Positions 11,540-23,505 of a DNA stretch of 64,000 nt are shown here, in pieces. Numbering within the stretch: position 1 is the stretch's first letter; each line of letters begins with the position of its first letter. The notes under the pieces are model-generated. The model worked only from the letters and a program-made list of their open reading frames with translations, was not told the DNA's origin and searched no databases. The stretch is taken from assembly GCA_038087875.1 (NCBI GenBank), contig JAXLNO010000709.1, positions 62,001-126,000 of the forward strand. Direction: 5' to 3'. A program made the translations under genes and the position numbers. Origin of the DNA: Malacoraja senta (lineage: Eukaryota).

Positions 11540-12375
11540 AGATTCAAGATTCAAGATTCAAGAAGTTTATTGCCATGTCAACAAGTTGATAGGAATTTGA
11601 CTTGCCATGCAGCACACAAATAAAGATTACAACAAAGAATTTAACAACATAAAAACATCCCCCCACAATGGTTCCCACTGTGGGGGAAGGCAGCAAAGTC
11701 CAGTCCCATCCCCAGTTCACCCATAGTCGGGGCCTATTGAGGCCTCTGCAGTCGCCGATACGGCAGCCCGATGCCTCAGGCCCTCTCGCCGGATGATGAA
11801 GCTCCGGCGTCGGGTGAACACTCTCAGCGGCCCGGAGTGTCTGGAGCGGCCGCCTCCTCCCAGTAGACCGCGGCTCCCGAAGTCCACGAGCCGCGCTGGT
11901 CGATGCTCCGACTCTGTCGACCTCGTCGTCAGATCCCAGGCTCCGCGGTGTTCCAAGCTCAGCGCCGCTGGAAGCTCCACTGACCGCAGACCGCAGCTCC
12001 ACGATGTTGGTGCCGGCTGTCACAGCACTCCGGAGCTTACTGCACGGCGACCCGGGTTAGGCATCGCCCGCTCCGCGATGGTGCTTCAGCGCTGTGCCGC
12101 CGCCGAAGCTGAAGTCCTGGCCGGTCCCGGCAGGAAAACGCCGCTCCAGTCTGCCCGTAGGCCGCAAGGAAGGGGCGAAGATACGGCTCGGAGAAAAGCC
12201 GCATCTCCGACCAGGTAGGGACTGAGAAGAATACCCCCCCCCCCCTCCACATAAAAAGACTAAAAGATCTCCAAACAAAACACTCTCAACTAACTAAAAA
12301 AAAAAAAAAAAGTGAAAAAACTAACAGCTGCTGGCAGGGCAGCCATACTCGATGGCGCCCCCACACGCCCCCATT
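11540..12375 (-). mobile_element. GC-rich non-autonomous element with Rex1-like tail and (ttgaatc)n end
   Basis: The minus strand ends gcatggcaagtcaaattcc...catggcaataaacttcttgaatcttgaa. The body is CpG-rich and encodes no recognisable protein. Confidence 0.55.
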
Positions 12376-12482
12376 TACGAATGCCATACTTACAACTTTT
12401 TCTTCGTCTTAAAGTAGTTGAATTTATTATGATGTCTTCACAGCATTAATGTTCAAATGGTTAAACCCCGAATCCAAAAATT

Positions 12483-12770
12483 GGCGGCACAGTAGAGCTT
12501 CTGCCTTACAGCGCCAGTGACCTGCCGGGTTCGATCCTGACAACGGGTGCTGTCTGTACGGAGTTTGTACGTTCTCCCCATGACCTGCGTGGGCTTTCTC
12601 CGAGATCTTTGGTTTCCTCCCACACTCCACACTCCACTTTGCACGTTACTTGGCTTGGTATAAATGTAAAATTCTCCCTAGTGTGTGTAGGGTAGTGTTA
12701 ATATGCGGGAATCGTTACTCAGTGGGCTGAAGGGCTTGTTTCCCTGCTGTATCTCTAAACTAAACTAAAA
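12483..12770 (+). mobile_element. HE1-type tRNA-derived SINE
   Basis: tRNA-like head with B box gggttcgatcc, central gtacgttctcccc...ggtttcctcccacactcca domain, and CR1-like tail gaagggcttgtttccctgctgtatctctaaactaaactaaa. Confidence 0.88.
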
Positions 12771-13914
12771 GACAATACCTAATGTAAATGGACTTCATCT
12801 GATTATCTTCATTGTTAAATTACCCATTTGGCAAGACTTGAATTATGTGTAGGTGTTCACAACTTCCACACAGGAATTAAAGAGATAAATGGATTAAAAT
12901 ACTCTTGTATGGCACACTCTTTTATGCTTCATCATCAGTTCCATTCAAACCTTGATTGCTAAAGGTAATTTGGTCCTTTGTGGTCGTGTATTCTGGATAG
13001 TTGGCCATTTGTATGTGCAGAACCATCTTTTGTGCATTTGAGGCCTGCAGTGATGTGGATCTCTCGCACAAAAGCTAGATTTAAGTGGAGACGAGGTATG
13101 CTTTGGTGTTACTTAAAAGGGACTTATCCTTAAATGGTCTCCAGACCTGGAGCCCTGAGTGTTTAGCATCTTGTGATTAGATCCTCCTTTTGGTAAATGT
13201 CATGTGTTTGATCCTGTATTAATCCACTTCTGCTAAAGTTCTGTTTTTTCTGATAATATGTGTATGAAGTTTAAAAGTTTTAGACCAAGATTTTGAACAT
13301 TTTTAAGATACAATTATAGTATTGGACTGAGTGAGAAAGTTATACGGGTGAACTACTATTCCATGGAGCAGAGTGGCTCTCAATGGTTCATACAGAAGAA
13401 CCGCAGTTACTAATGTAACTTGTGTTGTTATAGAAGCAGATTGGGACTCCGGGCTGAGTCTGAGATAAACTGTGCTCTGTTTTATTTCAGGCTCTGTTTC
13501 CAGGGAATGTTGTCTGTTTGTTGATAATGGGAAAGTAGTTAGTCTGATGTGTACTTTCACAGTTCTATTCTTATCATGAAAATACCTTCAGCAGATGGAA
13601 GGTTAACAGGATTTGCTCTAGAACTCATCACTGCAAGTTATGAGTGTTTCCTCTACCCTACCAATGAATACGTAACTTGCATGTTTGCTATCTTATGGAG
13701 CTAGATCGGGGAGATTACTGCTGACACTACATCAATCATAGCCTGATAACTAGTCTCTATTAAAGGAGCATGCCCTTGGCTTTATTGCATTGATTTCTTA
13801 GCAATATTTTAGAATGATTGAATTTAAGTCTTAATTGGATCACAATGTTTCCAGGTTTAATCCCTGGTTTGTGCTGAGTTAACTGATTTTAGCTGATAAG
13901 CCAGTAACAATAAG

Positions 13915-14258
13915 CATAGATGGAGTGGATGTGGAAAGGATGGTTCCATTGGAGGGAGAGTCTAGGACCCGAGGTCACAGCCTCAGAATTAAAGGGCGTT
14001 CTTTTAGAAAGGAGGTGAGGAGTAACTTCTTTAGTCAATGGGTAGTTAATCTGTGGAACTCATTGCCACAGAGGGCTGCGGAGACCATCATTGGATATTT
14101 TTAAGGCAGAGATAGACAAATTGTTGATTAGAACGGGTGACAAGGGTTATGGGGAGAAGGCAGTAAAATGGGATTAGGAGGCAGAGATCAGCCATGATTG
14201 AGTGGCAGAGTAGACTCGATGGGCCGAATGGCCTAATTCTACTCCTAAACTTGTGAAC
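13915..14258 (+). mobile_element. CR1 LINE 3' end
   Basis: GESRTRGHSLRI-type coding remnant plus the gggccgaatggcctaattct 3' UTR. Confidence 0.85.
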
Positions 14259-15037
14259 AATTGACTCTTTATTCAGTGTCCAATGGGAACCCCCAACCCC
14301 CTCCCCAGAAATCTCCCCTGAAAATATGGTACCTAGGCCGGGGAGAGGATGTCGATCTTGACCTCATCTGGACCTATTGTCGAATTTGCTCCCTGCGGCT
14401 GGGGCTATGGAACTCTGGCCCAGCTGGAGTTGGCAAATCCATTCCCTTAGCCGACTTCTGCGGCCGACTTTGTGGGCCGGTATCTCGGTTCCCCAAATTC
14501 TGTTGGTCCGGCAAAATGGATAATACGGCAACCTCTGGAACCAAGGGCCTTCCAAAAGAGGAGCTATTGTTCTCGTGTATTGTGTGAATTGTGTGAATTG
14601 ACTGGTCAGCATGCAGAGCAAGCTTTTTGCTATCTTTTTACAGGTGAGAATAAATAAACCAAACCAAATACTCAGTGGTTCAGGCCATATCTGTGGGAAG
14701 AGAAACAGAGTCAATGTTTCAGGTTAGAGACTCTTCATCAGCATTTTAAAGAAGACAAAAGAAGCCTGTACAGCTAAAAACAAACTGCTGGAAGAACTCA
14801 ACGGGTCAAGCAGCATCTGTAGAGACAAAGAGATTGCCGAGACCCTGGTCAAGGCCCTGTGTTGAGACTGAGAATGGAGAGTGAAGCTATAGCAGTGAGA
14901 GGGAGTGCTGAGATACAGGCTGGTAGGTGATAGGTGACAACACAAGAAAGTGAAGAAGGTGACAAAGACCATTCGGGCCGATGAAGGTGGTGGGAGGAGG
15001 AGAGGGGGAAAGGGAAGAGGCACAGGCTGGTAAGTTA

Positions 15038-16295
15038 CAGTGGCTTGCAAAAGTATTCATACCCCTTGAACTTTTCCACATTTTGTCACGTTACAACCAC
15101 AAACGTAAATGTATATTATTGGGATTTTATGTGATAGACCAACACAAAGTGGCGCATAATTGTGAAGTGGAAGGAAAATGATACATGGTTTTCAAATTTG
15201 AAAATGATACATGGTTTTCAAAACTGAAAAGTGTCGCGTGCAAAAGTATTCAGACCCCTTTACTCTGATACCCCTAAATAAAATCCAGGCCGGGCAAGGA
15301 GAGCATTGATCAGAGAAGCAGCCAAGAGGCCCATGGTAACTCTGGAGGAGCTGCAGAGATCCACAGCTCAGGTAGGAGAATCTGTCCACAGGACAACTAT
15401 TAGTCGTGCACTCCACAAATCGGGCCTTTATGGAAGAGTGGCAAGAAGAAAGCCATTGTTGAAAAAAAGCCATAAGAAGTCCCGTTTGCAGTTTGCCACA
15501 AGCCATGTGGGGGACACAGCAAACATGTGGAGGAAGGTGGTCTGGTCAGATGAGACCAAAATTGAAGTTTTTGGCCTAAATGCAAAACGCTATGTGTGGC
15601 GGAAACCTAACACAGCACATCACCCTGAACACACCATCCCCACTGTGAAACATGGTGGTGGCAGCATCATGCTGTGGGGATGCTTTTCTTCAGCAGGGAC
15701 AGGGAAGCTGGTCAGAGTTGATGGGAAGATGGATGGAGCCAAATACAGGGCAATCTTGGAAGAAAACCTGTTAGAGTCTGCAAAAGACTTGAGACTGGGG
15801 CGGAGGTTCACCTTCCAGCAGGACAACGACCCTAAACATACAGCCAGAGCTACAATGGAATGGTTTAGATCAAAGCATATTCATGTGTTAGAATGGCCCA
15901 GTCAAAGTCCAGACCTAAATCCAATTGAGAATCTCTGGCAAGACTTGAAAATTGCTGTTCACAGACGCTCTCCATCCAGTCTGACTGAGCTTGAGCTATT
16001 TTGCAAAGAAGAATGGGCAAAAATTTCAGTCTCTAGATGTGCAAAGCTGGTAGAGACATACCCCAAAAGACTTGCAGCTGTAAGTATTGACTCAGTGGGG
16101 CTGAATACTTTTGCACGCGCCACTTTTCAGTTTTTTATTTGTAAAATAATTTGAAAACCATGTATCATTTTCCTTCCACTTCACTTTGTGTTGGTCTATC
16201 ACATAAAATCCCAATAAAATACATTTACCTTTGTGGTTGTAACGTGACAAAATGTGGAAAAGTTCAAGGGGTATGAAAACTTTTGCAAGCCACTG
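15038..16295 (+). mobile_element. Tc1-family (Passport-like, IR/DR type) DNA transposon with internal deletions
   Basis: TIRs of about 220 bp begin CAGTGGCTTGCAAAAG. TA target duplication at 15036-15037 and 16296-16297. Inner direct repeat tgcaaaagtattca at about 15239, mirrored at about 16102-16115. Confidence 0.97.
15306..16154 (+). pseudogene. Tc1 DD34E transposase, N-terminally deleted with an altered C-terminus
   Basis: WSDETK, QQDNDPKH and SPDLNPIE, with 34 residues between the second D and E. There is no internal stop. The first HTH is missing, and the C-terminal IAAKGGST segment appears deleted (gcagctg|taagtattga). Confidence 0.95.
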
Positions 16296-17004
16296 TATAT
16301 GTTGAACCAGATAAGGACGAATGATTGATACAATTTGCCACAATTCATTATCGTATTCAATATGTAAATCGGGTATGATCGGGTGCTAAAAGCCATGACA
16401 TTTCAATTCTGTCAAAATCATTTACTTCTAAATAGAAGATGACAGAAAAAGCTTGAATTTCCTAAAACATGGCAGAATTCTACATTTTGCATACATGGCA
16501 GGTAAATAATAGTCATAATTGATTTGCTTGTTGCAACAAAGACAGTAAGAAAAATGAAGAATTTCAATGAATATGTTTAAGTTGATTCATGTTTTATTTA
16601 TTGATATCCTAAAAACAATATATAATTTTTAAATTGCCAAGAAATTTGACTCATTTGCAGTTTATATTATGCATAAATCAGGCAGAACGGCATTTTTCAT
16701 ATTTTTCAAGTGTTTGCAACCAGTCTTTGTTAAAGTTCGGCCTATTTGAAAATCAAACTGGGTCCTTGTGGTGATTCGTTCTAATGTCATTTTCCTTGTA
16801 TGTCTCCACAAATTCCTTGTATGTTTACATACATATTAAATTAATTACAATTAATTGCAATTACAATTTTGCTGTCACAATTTGTGCACTTAATGGTAGT
16901 CGTCAATATGCTCATTACTTATGTATAATATGGAACAATATGCTACAATCTGACCTTTTGTTAGTCACAAAACAAAAAGTACATCACGGAAAGTAATATC
17001 ACAG

Positions 17005-17190
17005 AGCCCACTGCCTCCGCCTCTTCCTTTCTTCTTCCCGCCCCCCCACCCCCACATCAGTCTGAAGAATGTTCTTGACCCGAAACGTCACCTATTTCTT
17101 CGCTCCATAGAAGCTGCCTCACCCGCTGAGTTTCTCCAGCATTTTTATCTCCCTTTGATTTTTCCAGCATCTGCAGTTCCTTCTTAAACA
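17005..17190 (+). repeat. Penelope pseudo-LTR-derived repeat with hammerhead-like core
   Basis: ctgaagaatgttcttgacccgaaacgtc at 17062-17089, followed by the conserved cccgctgagtttctccagca...agcatctgcagttcc tail. Confidence 0.75.
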
Positions 17191-18194
17191 CGGAATGTAA
17201 TGATTCCTGAATGATTTAAAGTGTCCTTGACATGGTCATTTTAGTCATTGATAGAGCCATTAAGTCATACAGTATGAAAACAGGCCTTCCATCCTCGACG
17301 ATCAAGTACCAGTATTTGAGCCATAGGGTTCTGAGCTGTGGTAATTCAAGTGGCTATTCAGATATTATAATGTTGTTAGAGTAAGTGCTTGCATTATCCA
17401 TTTAGACAGAGCATCGAAGATCCAACCACTTTCTGGTGAATATTCAGGTATGATCGGGTGCTAAAAGTCATGAAATTGCAATTCCTCAGATCCACTCTAA
17501 ACCATTCACTCCTTATTCAAACCTACACCCTCTAGTTTTAGACCTGTTATGGGCAAATGTTTTGTACTGTCTACTCTTATCTATAATCTTAATAATTGTC
17601 TGGGCCATAATCGGGTCCAGACCCCTATGTTTCCTTTGCTCTAGGGAAAACAAACTCGGCTTTTTCAGTTTCTCCTCATAACTGAAGTGCTCTATTCCAG
17701 CCAACATGCTGGTGGAAACAAAGCAATCTGCTGGAGGAACTCAGCAGGTCAGGTAGCATCTGTGGAATGAAATGGACAGTTTATATTTCTGCGAGCAGTC
17801 CAGAGGGAGGGTCCCAGCTCTAAACTTCAACTGTCCCTTTCGTTTGCAGTATGCATTCCATCTTTTTTGTTTGATGCTGTTATGCATTTTATACAGTGTA
17901 GTAGAAGGCACCGTGATGCAACAGTTAATGCCGTTGCCACGCAGTTGCATTGATGCAGGTTCAATCTGTCCTTGGGTGCTCTTTTCTTGAATTTTCAGGA
18001 TTTTGCTGTGAAGTAATGGCTTTCCCCCAGTGTTCAGTTTCCTCCTACATCCCGTGGAGATCTTGGTAAGTAATTGTCTGCTGTAAATTGTCTCAAGTGT
18101 AGGTGGATTGTAGGAGAATCAAGGAAAGTTGATTCGCAGGTGAGAGTGAATAGGAAACTGAGGAATAAATGGGAGAATGAGACTGATGAGTCAG

Positions 18195-18545
18195 TATCTC
18201 ATTGTCTGTAGCTCGTTCTCACCTAACAACACAGCTAAGTGGGCTGTTTCCTTTATCCGTTACTTTTTTGCATATCTTTCATTCATTTGTTCTATATCTC
18301 TCCATATCACCCTCTATATCTCTTGTTTCCCTTTCCCCTGACAGTCTGAAGAAGGGTCTCGACCCAAAACGTCAACTATTCATTTTCTCCAGAGATGCTG
18401 TCTGACCCGCTGAGTTACTCCAGCTTTTTGTGTCTTATCTTCGGTCTTGTATCTATGTTCTCCAGAGACGCTGCCTGACTTGAGTTACTCCAGCACTATG
18501 TGTTCTTTTGTGTATTAACCAGCATCTGCAGTTCCTTGTTTATAC
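18195..18545 (+). repeat. Penelope pseudo-LTR-derived repeat (partial tandem duplication)
   Basis: ctgaagaagggtctcgacccaaaacgtc at 18346-18373. The ctccagagatgctg...gagttactccagc block occurs twice. Confidence 0.75.
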
Positions 18546-19094
18546 AATCTTTTCTGAGACAAAAAATGAAATTTATTTTATGTTGCTTCACTTGGAAAGA
18601 CATTGCTATGATCTTGTAGCTGCCAGACATCCATTGATTACCAGCTGTAAGATTATGTTAGCAATGTTTTTTGTGTTGCAGTTGAAAGCATATACAATTA
18701 TTGAATTTGTATTAAAGCCCAGATTTTGATTGGGAAGTAGTTCTGGCAAATAGTATATTGTGAGCGTCACTTTTGCATCCCCTTATATGATGTGGAATGA
18801 TGAAGCAAATCATTTTTTTATGGCTGGATACTGCTTAAATCTAGGCATTTATTTTTCTGGTGGAATTTGGACATTCAGATTAAGCTGCTGAAGTTGATCT
18901 ATTTATTCGAAGAATACAGAGAGCACACCAGTCACTTAAAGTTTTAAAATATTTTAAACTAGTAAGGACACTGACAATTTTATTCTCTTTTCTTTCACTT
19001 ATGTCGGCAGTAATTTCAATAATACAGAAAAGGAGCTATTGGCAGTTTTAAAGGGAATAAAGATGGATAAATTTGTGGATAAATCATATGAGGC

Positions 19095-19400
19095 AGGGCT
19101 TGCACACCATCACTCCCTACAAGGAGAAACTAAGTGGCAGCTCAAGCGACAGCGAGGCATGGATGAGCTCAATGCGTTCTACACACGGTTCGACAGAGAG
19201 AACACTGATGTGCCTTCTCGAGGCCCCATTGCCCTCAATGATATTGCAATCTCAATCACCGAAGCCGACATCAGAAGATCCTTCAGGAGGGTGAACCCTC
19301 CGAAAACGACTGGACCTGATAGTGTACCTGGTCGCATTCTCAAAACCTGCACGGACCAACTGGCTGAAATGTTTTCTTCACCTTCTCATTACTGAGGTAT
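19095..19400 (+). mobile_element. Rex1/Babar LINE internal fragment
   Basis: ORF 19039-19395 contains DELNAFYTRFD...VNPPKTTGPDSVPGRILKTCTDQLA, typical of the pre-RT region of Rex1. Confidence 0.8.
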
Positions 19401-19964
19401 AAACTAAACTAAACTAAAAGATCGACGTGGGATCCAGGGTGAGCTCCTCAATTGGAAATTGATTGCAACATTAAGGTCCTGAATTGGGGTGAAGGTTGAT
19501 TCAATATCATAAGACAGGACTTGGCAAAGAGTTAGATGGGGAGAAGCGACTTGCAAGAGGCACAAAATAGTCCAAGTGTCATCTCACCAACATCTTGCAT
19601 AGTTGTAACATGACACCCCAACTCTTGTGCTAATTGGACTGACAAATGAAAGTCAGCATGTCAAATGTTTTCTTCATTCCCCTGTCGACCTGTGTTGCCA
19701 CTTTGTGGAGCTATGTAAATTTACCCTAGATCACTCTGCTCTTCAACATTCTCCTGTGCTCTACCATTCACCATCCAGGTTTAACTTATCAAAATGCAAC
19801 ACTTTGCACTTGTCAGAGTTAAATTCCATCTGCTTTTCCTCGGTTCACTTTCCCAGTTGGTTCTTGATGCCTGCTGTAGTCTTAAATGACCTTCACTGTC
19901 CACTACACAACCAACTTTGGTGTAATTCACAAACTTATTAACCATGCCAACTATATTATCATAT

Positions 19965-20190
19965 GGTACACAAAAATGCTGGAGAAACTCAGCGGGTGCA
20001 GCAGCATTTATGGAGCGAAGGAAATAGGTAACGTTTCGGGCCGAAACCCTTCTTCAGACTGATAGGGGGTGGGGAGAAGCTATCATATAGTTGATATCTC
20101 ATATATTCTGTAGAAGGGTCTCGACCCGAAACGCCACCCACTCCTCTCCAGTGATGCTGCCTGTTGCTCCAGCATTTTGTGTCTATATTC
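19965..20190. repeat. Inverted dyad of Penelope pseudo-LTR repeats
   Basis: A minus-strand core (cgtttcgggccgaaacccttcttcag, about 20031-20057) faces a plus-strand core (ctgtagaagggtctcgacccgaaacg, 20108-20133). Confidence 0.75.
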
Positions 20191-20408
20191 TCATCCAGAT
20201 CGTTAATGATGAGCAACTGCTGACCAAGCACAGATCCTTACCACCGTCGCTGATCACAGGCATCCAATCTAAAGATCAGCTCTCCACTATCACCCTCTGA
20301 ATCCTACCACCAAGCCAATTTTGTAGCCAATTGACTACCTCATTGATCTTTTTCCATTGCAACAGTATCTAAAACTAGTATGGGTTGAAGAGAAGGGAAA
20401 ATATATTT

Positions 20409-20948
20409 AGAGTAATAGTAATAGTAATAGTAATAGTAAACTTTATTGTCAATTCAAATAATGCAACAAGTAGTTACACAGAGGATTGAAATTGCGTTTC
20501 CCCATACTCCAATGTGCAAGTAATATTTATAACACAGACAGACAATATACCAATAAAAATAGACAATGGACATATACATTATATAAAATATTCATTAATA
20601 AAAGGTGCAGTATAGAAAAGTGCAAATAGCATACTGCAGACATTGGGTTAAAGTTAATTTGACAGTCAGTTGGTCTTTGTTTGTGTAATGTTCATGGAAT
20701 TTTCTTGAGTGTGTTGAGTAGTCTGATGGCCTGAGGGAAAAAGCTGTTTTTGAATCTTGTGGTTTTGCTCCGCATGCTGCGGTAGCGCTTGCCGGATGGT
20801 AGGAGGGTGAACAGTTTGTGTGCTGGGTGGGTGGTGTCTTTGATGATATTGGTTGCTCTCTTGCGACAGCGAGATGGGTATAAGTCCTGGATTGCTGGTT
20901 GGGGTGATCTAGTGATCTTCTCCGCTGTCCTCACCACTCTCTGTAGGG
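20409..20948 (-). mobile_element. Rex1/Babar LINE 3' end
   Basis: ORF 20692-20937 (HPAHKLFTLLPSGKRYRSMRSKTTRFKNSFFPQAIRLLN) plus a (tattac)n tail. Confidence 0.88.
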
Positions 20949-21184
20949 CCGTCTAGAGGAGATCTGACGAAGAAAGTTTCATTCAGAGGTTAATTGAAAT
21001 CTGGAATGCACCACCTAAAAGGGAAGTGGAAGCAGGTACTCTTTCAGTATTTAAGAAGTAAGAGATGACTTGCCGAGGAATAGAACTCTATGCGGCAAGT
21101 GCTGGTAAATGTAAAGATAGGTATGAGATGGTTGGCATGGACATGCTCAAAGAGCCTATTTCTCTGCTGTATGCCAATAAGTCT

Positions 21185-21795
21185 TTATAAGGCCTACATC
21201 AGTCAGAGTATTGAGTATAGAGGTTGGAAGGTCATGTTGAAGTTATATAAGACATTGGTGAGGCCGCATTTAGTCTATTGTGTTCAATTCTGGGCACCAT
21301 GCTATAGGAAAGATGTTGTCCAGCTGGAAAGGGTACAGAGAAGATTTACGAGGATGTTGCCAGGACTACAGGGTCTGAGCTATAGGAAGAGGTTGAGTAG
21401 GCTGGGTCTATTCCATGCTGTGCAGGAGGATGAAGGGTGATCTTATAGAGGTGTATAAAATCATGAGAGGAATAGATCGGGTCTCTTGCACAGAGAAGGT
21501 GAATCGAGAACCAGAGGACATAGGTTTAAGGTGAAGGGGAAAAGATTTAATAGGAATCTGAGGGGTAACCTTTTCACACAAAGGGTGGTGGGTATATGGA
21601 ACAACCTGACAGAGGAGGTAGTTGAGGCAGGGCCAACTTTTAAGAAACAGTTAGACAGGTACATGGATTTGACAGGTTTAGGGGTATGGACTAAACGTGG
21701 GCAGGTGGGACTAATGTATCTAGGACATGTTGGCCGGTGTGGGCAAGTTGTGCCGAAGGGCCTGTTTCCATGCTGTATCACTCTATGACTCTAAG
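21185..21795 (+). mobile_element. CR1/HER1 LINE 3' end
   Basis: LYKTLVRPHL...VQRRFTRMLPGL and ESRTRGHRFKVKG, with tail cctgtttccatgctgtatcactctatgactct. Confidence 0.88.
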
Positions 21796-22417
21796 TATCA
21801 AGCAATGGGAAACAAAATCACTGACATTCATATTTCTGAACTAATCCTACAGTCATGCAACATGAAACACGCACTTCGGCCTAACTTGTCCACGCCAACC
21901 AAGATGCCCCATCTACACTAGTCCCACCTGTCTGCGTTTTGGCCCATATCCTGCTCAACCTTTCCTATCCATGTACCTGTCCAAATGTCATTTAAATGTT
22001 GTGATAGTACCTGCCTCGACTATCTCCTCTGGCAGCTTGTTCCATCACCACTCTTTGTGTGGAAAAAGTCACCCCTTCTTCCTATTAAATCTTTCCCCAC
22101 TCGCCTTAAACCTACGTCCTCTGGTTCTTGATTCCCTTAATCTGGGTAAAGACCTTATCTAATCCTCCCGCATCTCATTCTTTATGTGTGTACCTGAGTA
22201 AGAAGCAATACAGGTATTAAGGCAAAGAACGCTTCGCCGTCAAAAGTAATCCTACGTTCACTCAAGGGCCATACATATTTGCTCACATGTTCCTCTCTTG
22301 TTTTTATCACAAGGTTCCCTCAGCATATTCTTGATTAATAATCAGATGTGGGAGTACAAATCATGCCAGATCTGTCTCCTTATTAGCGTGGAGACTAAGT
22401 CTGGTTCCTAGTCTACT

Positions 22418-23102
22418 GAGTCAGAGTATAGAAGTGAGATCGACCGACTGACCAAATGGTGCCAGCACAATAACCTGGCTCTCAACACCAGCAAAACCAA
22501 GGAACTAATTGTGGACTTTGGAAGGGGTAGGATGGGGACCCACAGTCCCGTTTATATCAACGGGTCGATGGTGGAAAGGGTCAAGAGCTTCAAATTCCTG
22601 GGCGTGCATATTTCCGAAGATCTCGCCTAGTCCCAGAACACTGATGCAATTATAAAGAAAGCACATCAGCGCCTCTACTCCCTGAGAAGATTACGGAGGG
22701 TCGGTATGTCGAGGAGGACTCTCTCGAACTTCTACAGGTGCACAGTAGAGAGCATGCTAACCGGTTGCATCTTGGCTTGGTTCTGCAACTTGTGCGCCCA
22801 GGAGCGGAAAAGACTGCAAAAAGTTGTAAACACTGCCCAGTCCATCATCGGCTCTGACCAACCTATCGTCGAGGGGATCTACCACAGTCGCTGCCTCAAA
22901 AAGGCTGGCAGCATCATCAAGGACCCACACCATCCTGGCCACACACTCATCTCTCTGCTGCCTTCAGGTAGAGGGTACAGGAGCCTGAAATCTGCAACAT
23001 CCAGGTTCAGGAACAACTTCTTCCCCACAGCCATCAGACTATTAAACTCTTCAAACAAAAATCTGAACTTTAATAGCCTATTGCACTTTATATGCTTATT
23101 TA

Positions 23103-23144
<42 letters not shown>

Positions 23145-23280
23145 GGTATATGGACACACTGATCTGTTCTGTGTTTATTTATGCCTACAATATCCTGTTG
23201 TGCTGAAACAAAGCAAGAATTTCATTGTCCTATCTGGGACACATGACAATAAACTCTCTTGAACTTGAACTTCTTGAACT
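22418..23280 (+). mobile_element. Rex1/Babar LINE 3' portion with (TA)n in the UTR
   Basis: WCQHNNLALNTSKTKELIVDF...FKFLGVHI, ORF 22706-23206 (LSNFYRCTVES...FFPTAIRLLN), and tail gaatttcattgtcc...gacaataaactctcttgaact. Confidence 0.92.
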
Positions 23281-23505
23281 TGTGTAGGAAGGAACTGCAG
23301 ATGCTGGTTTAAACCGTAGATAGACACAAAAAGCTGGAGTAACTCAGCGGGACAGGCAGCATCTCTGGAGAGAAGGAATGGGTGCCGTTTCGGGTCGAGA
23401 CCCTTCTTCACACTCACAAGGGTTTGGCCCGAAACATCACCCATTCCTTCTCTCCAAAGATGCTGCCTGTTCCGCTGAGTTACTCCAGCTTTTTGTGTTT
23501 ATCCT
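23281..23505. repeat. Inverted dyad of Penelope pseudo-LTR repeats
   Basis: caaaaagctggagtaactcagcggga...aatgggtg is mirrored by cacccattcc...cgctgagttactccagctttttg. Confidence 0.8.

Noticed and set aside
11544..12278. Overlapping 70-160 aa ORFs rich in R/P/A/S
   Set aside because: Expected by chance in GC-rich repeat DNA. No domain motifs, and open on both strands.
12483..12550. tRNA-like A/B boxes
   Set aside because: This is a SINE head continuing into SINE body and tail, not a cloverleaf tRNA gene.
14285..14570. Possible Tigger/pogo-like MITE end (ccggcaaaatggataatacggca...ggaaccaaggg)
   Set aside because: Only one degenerate end is visible, with no matching TIR or TSD, so I could not support a call.
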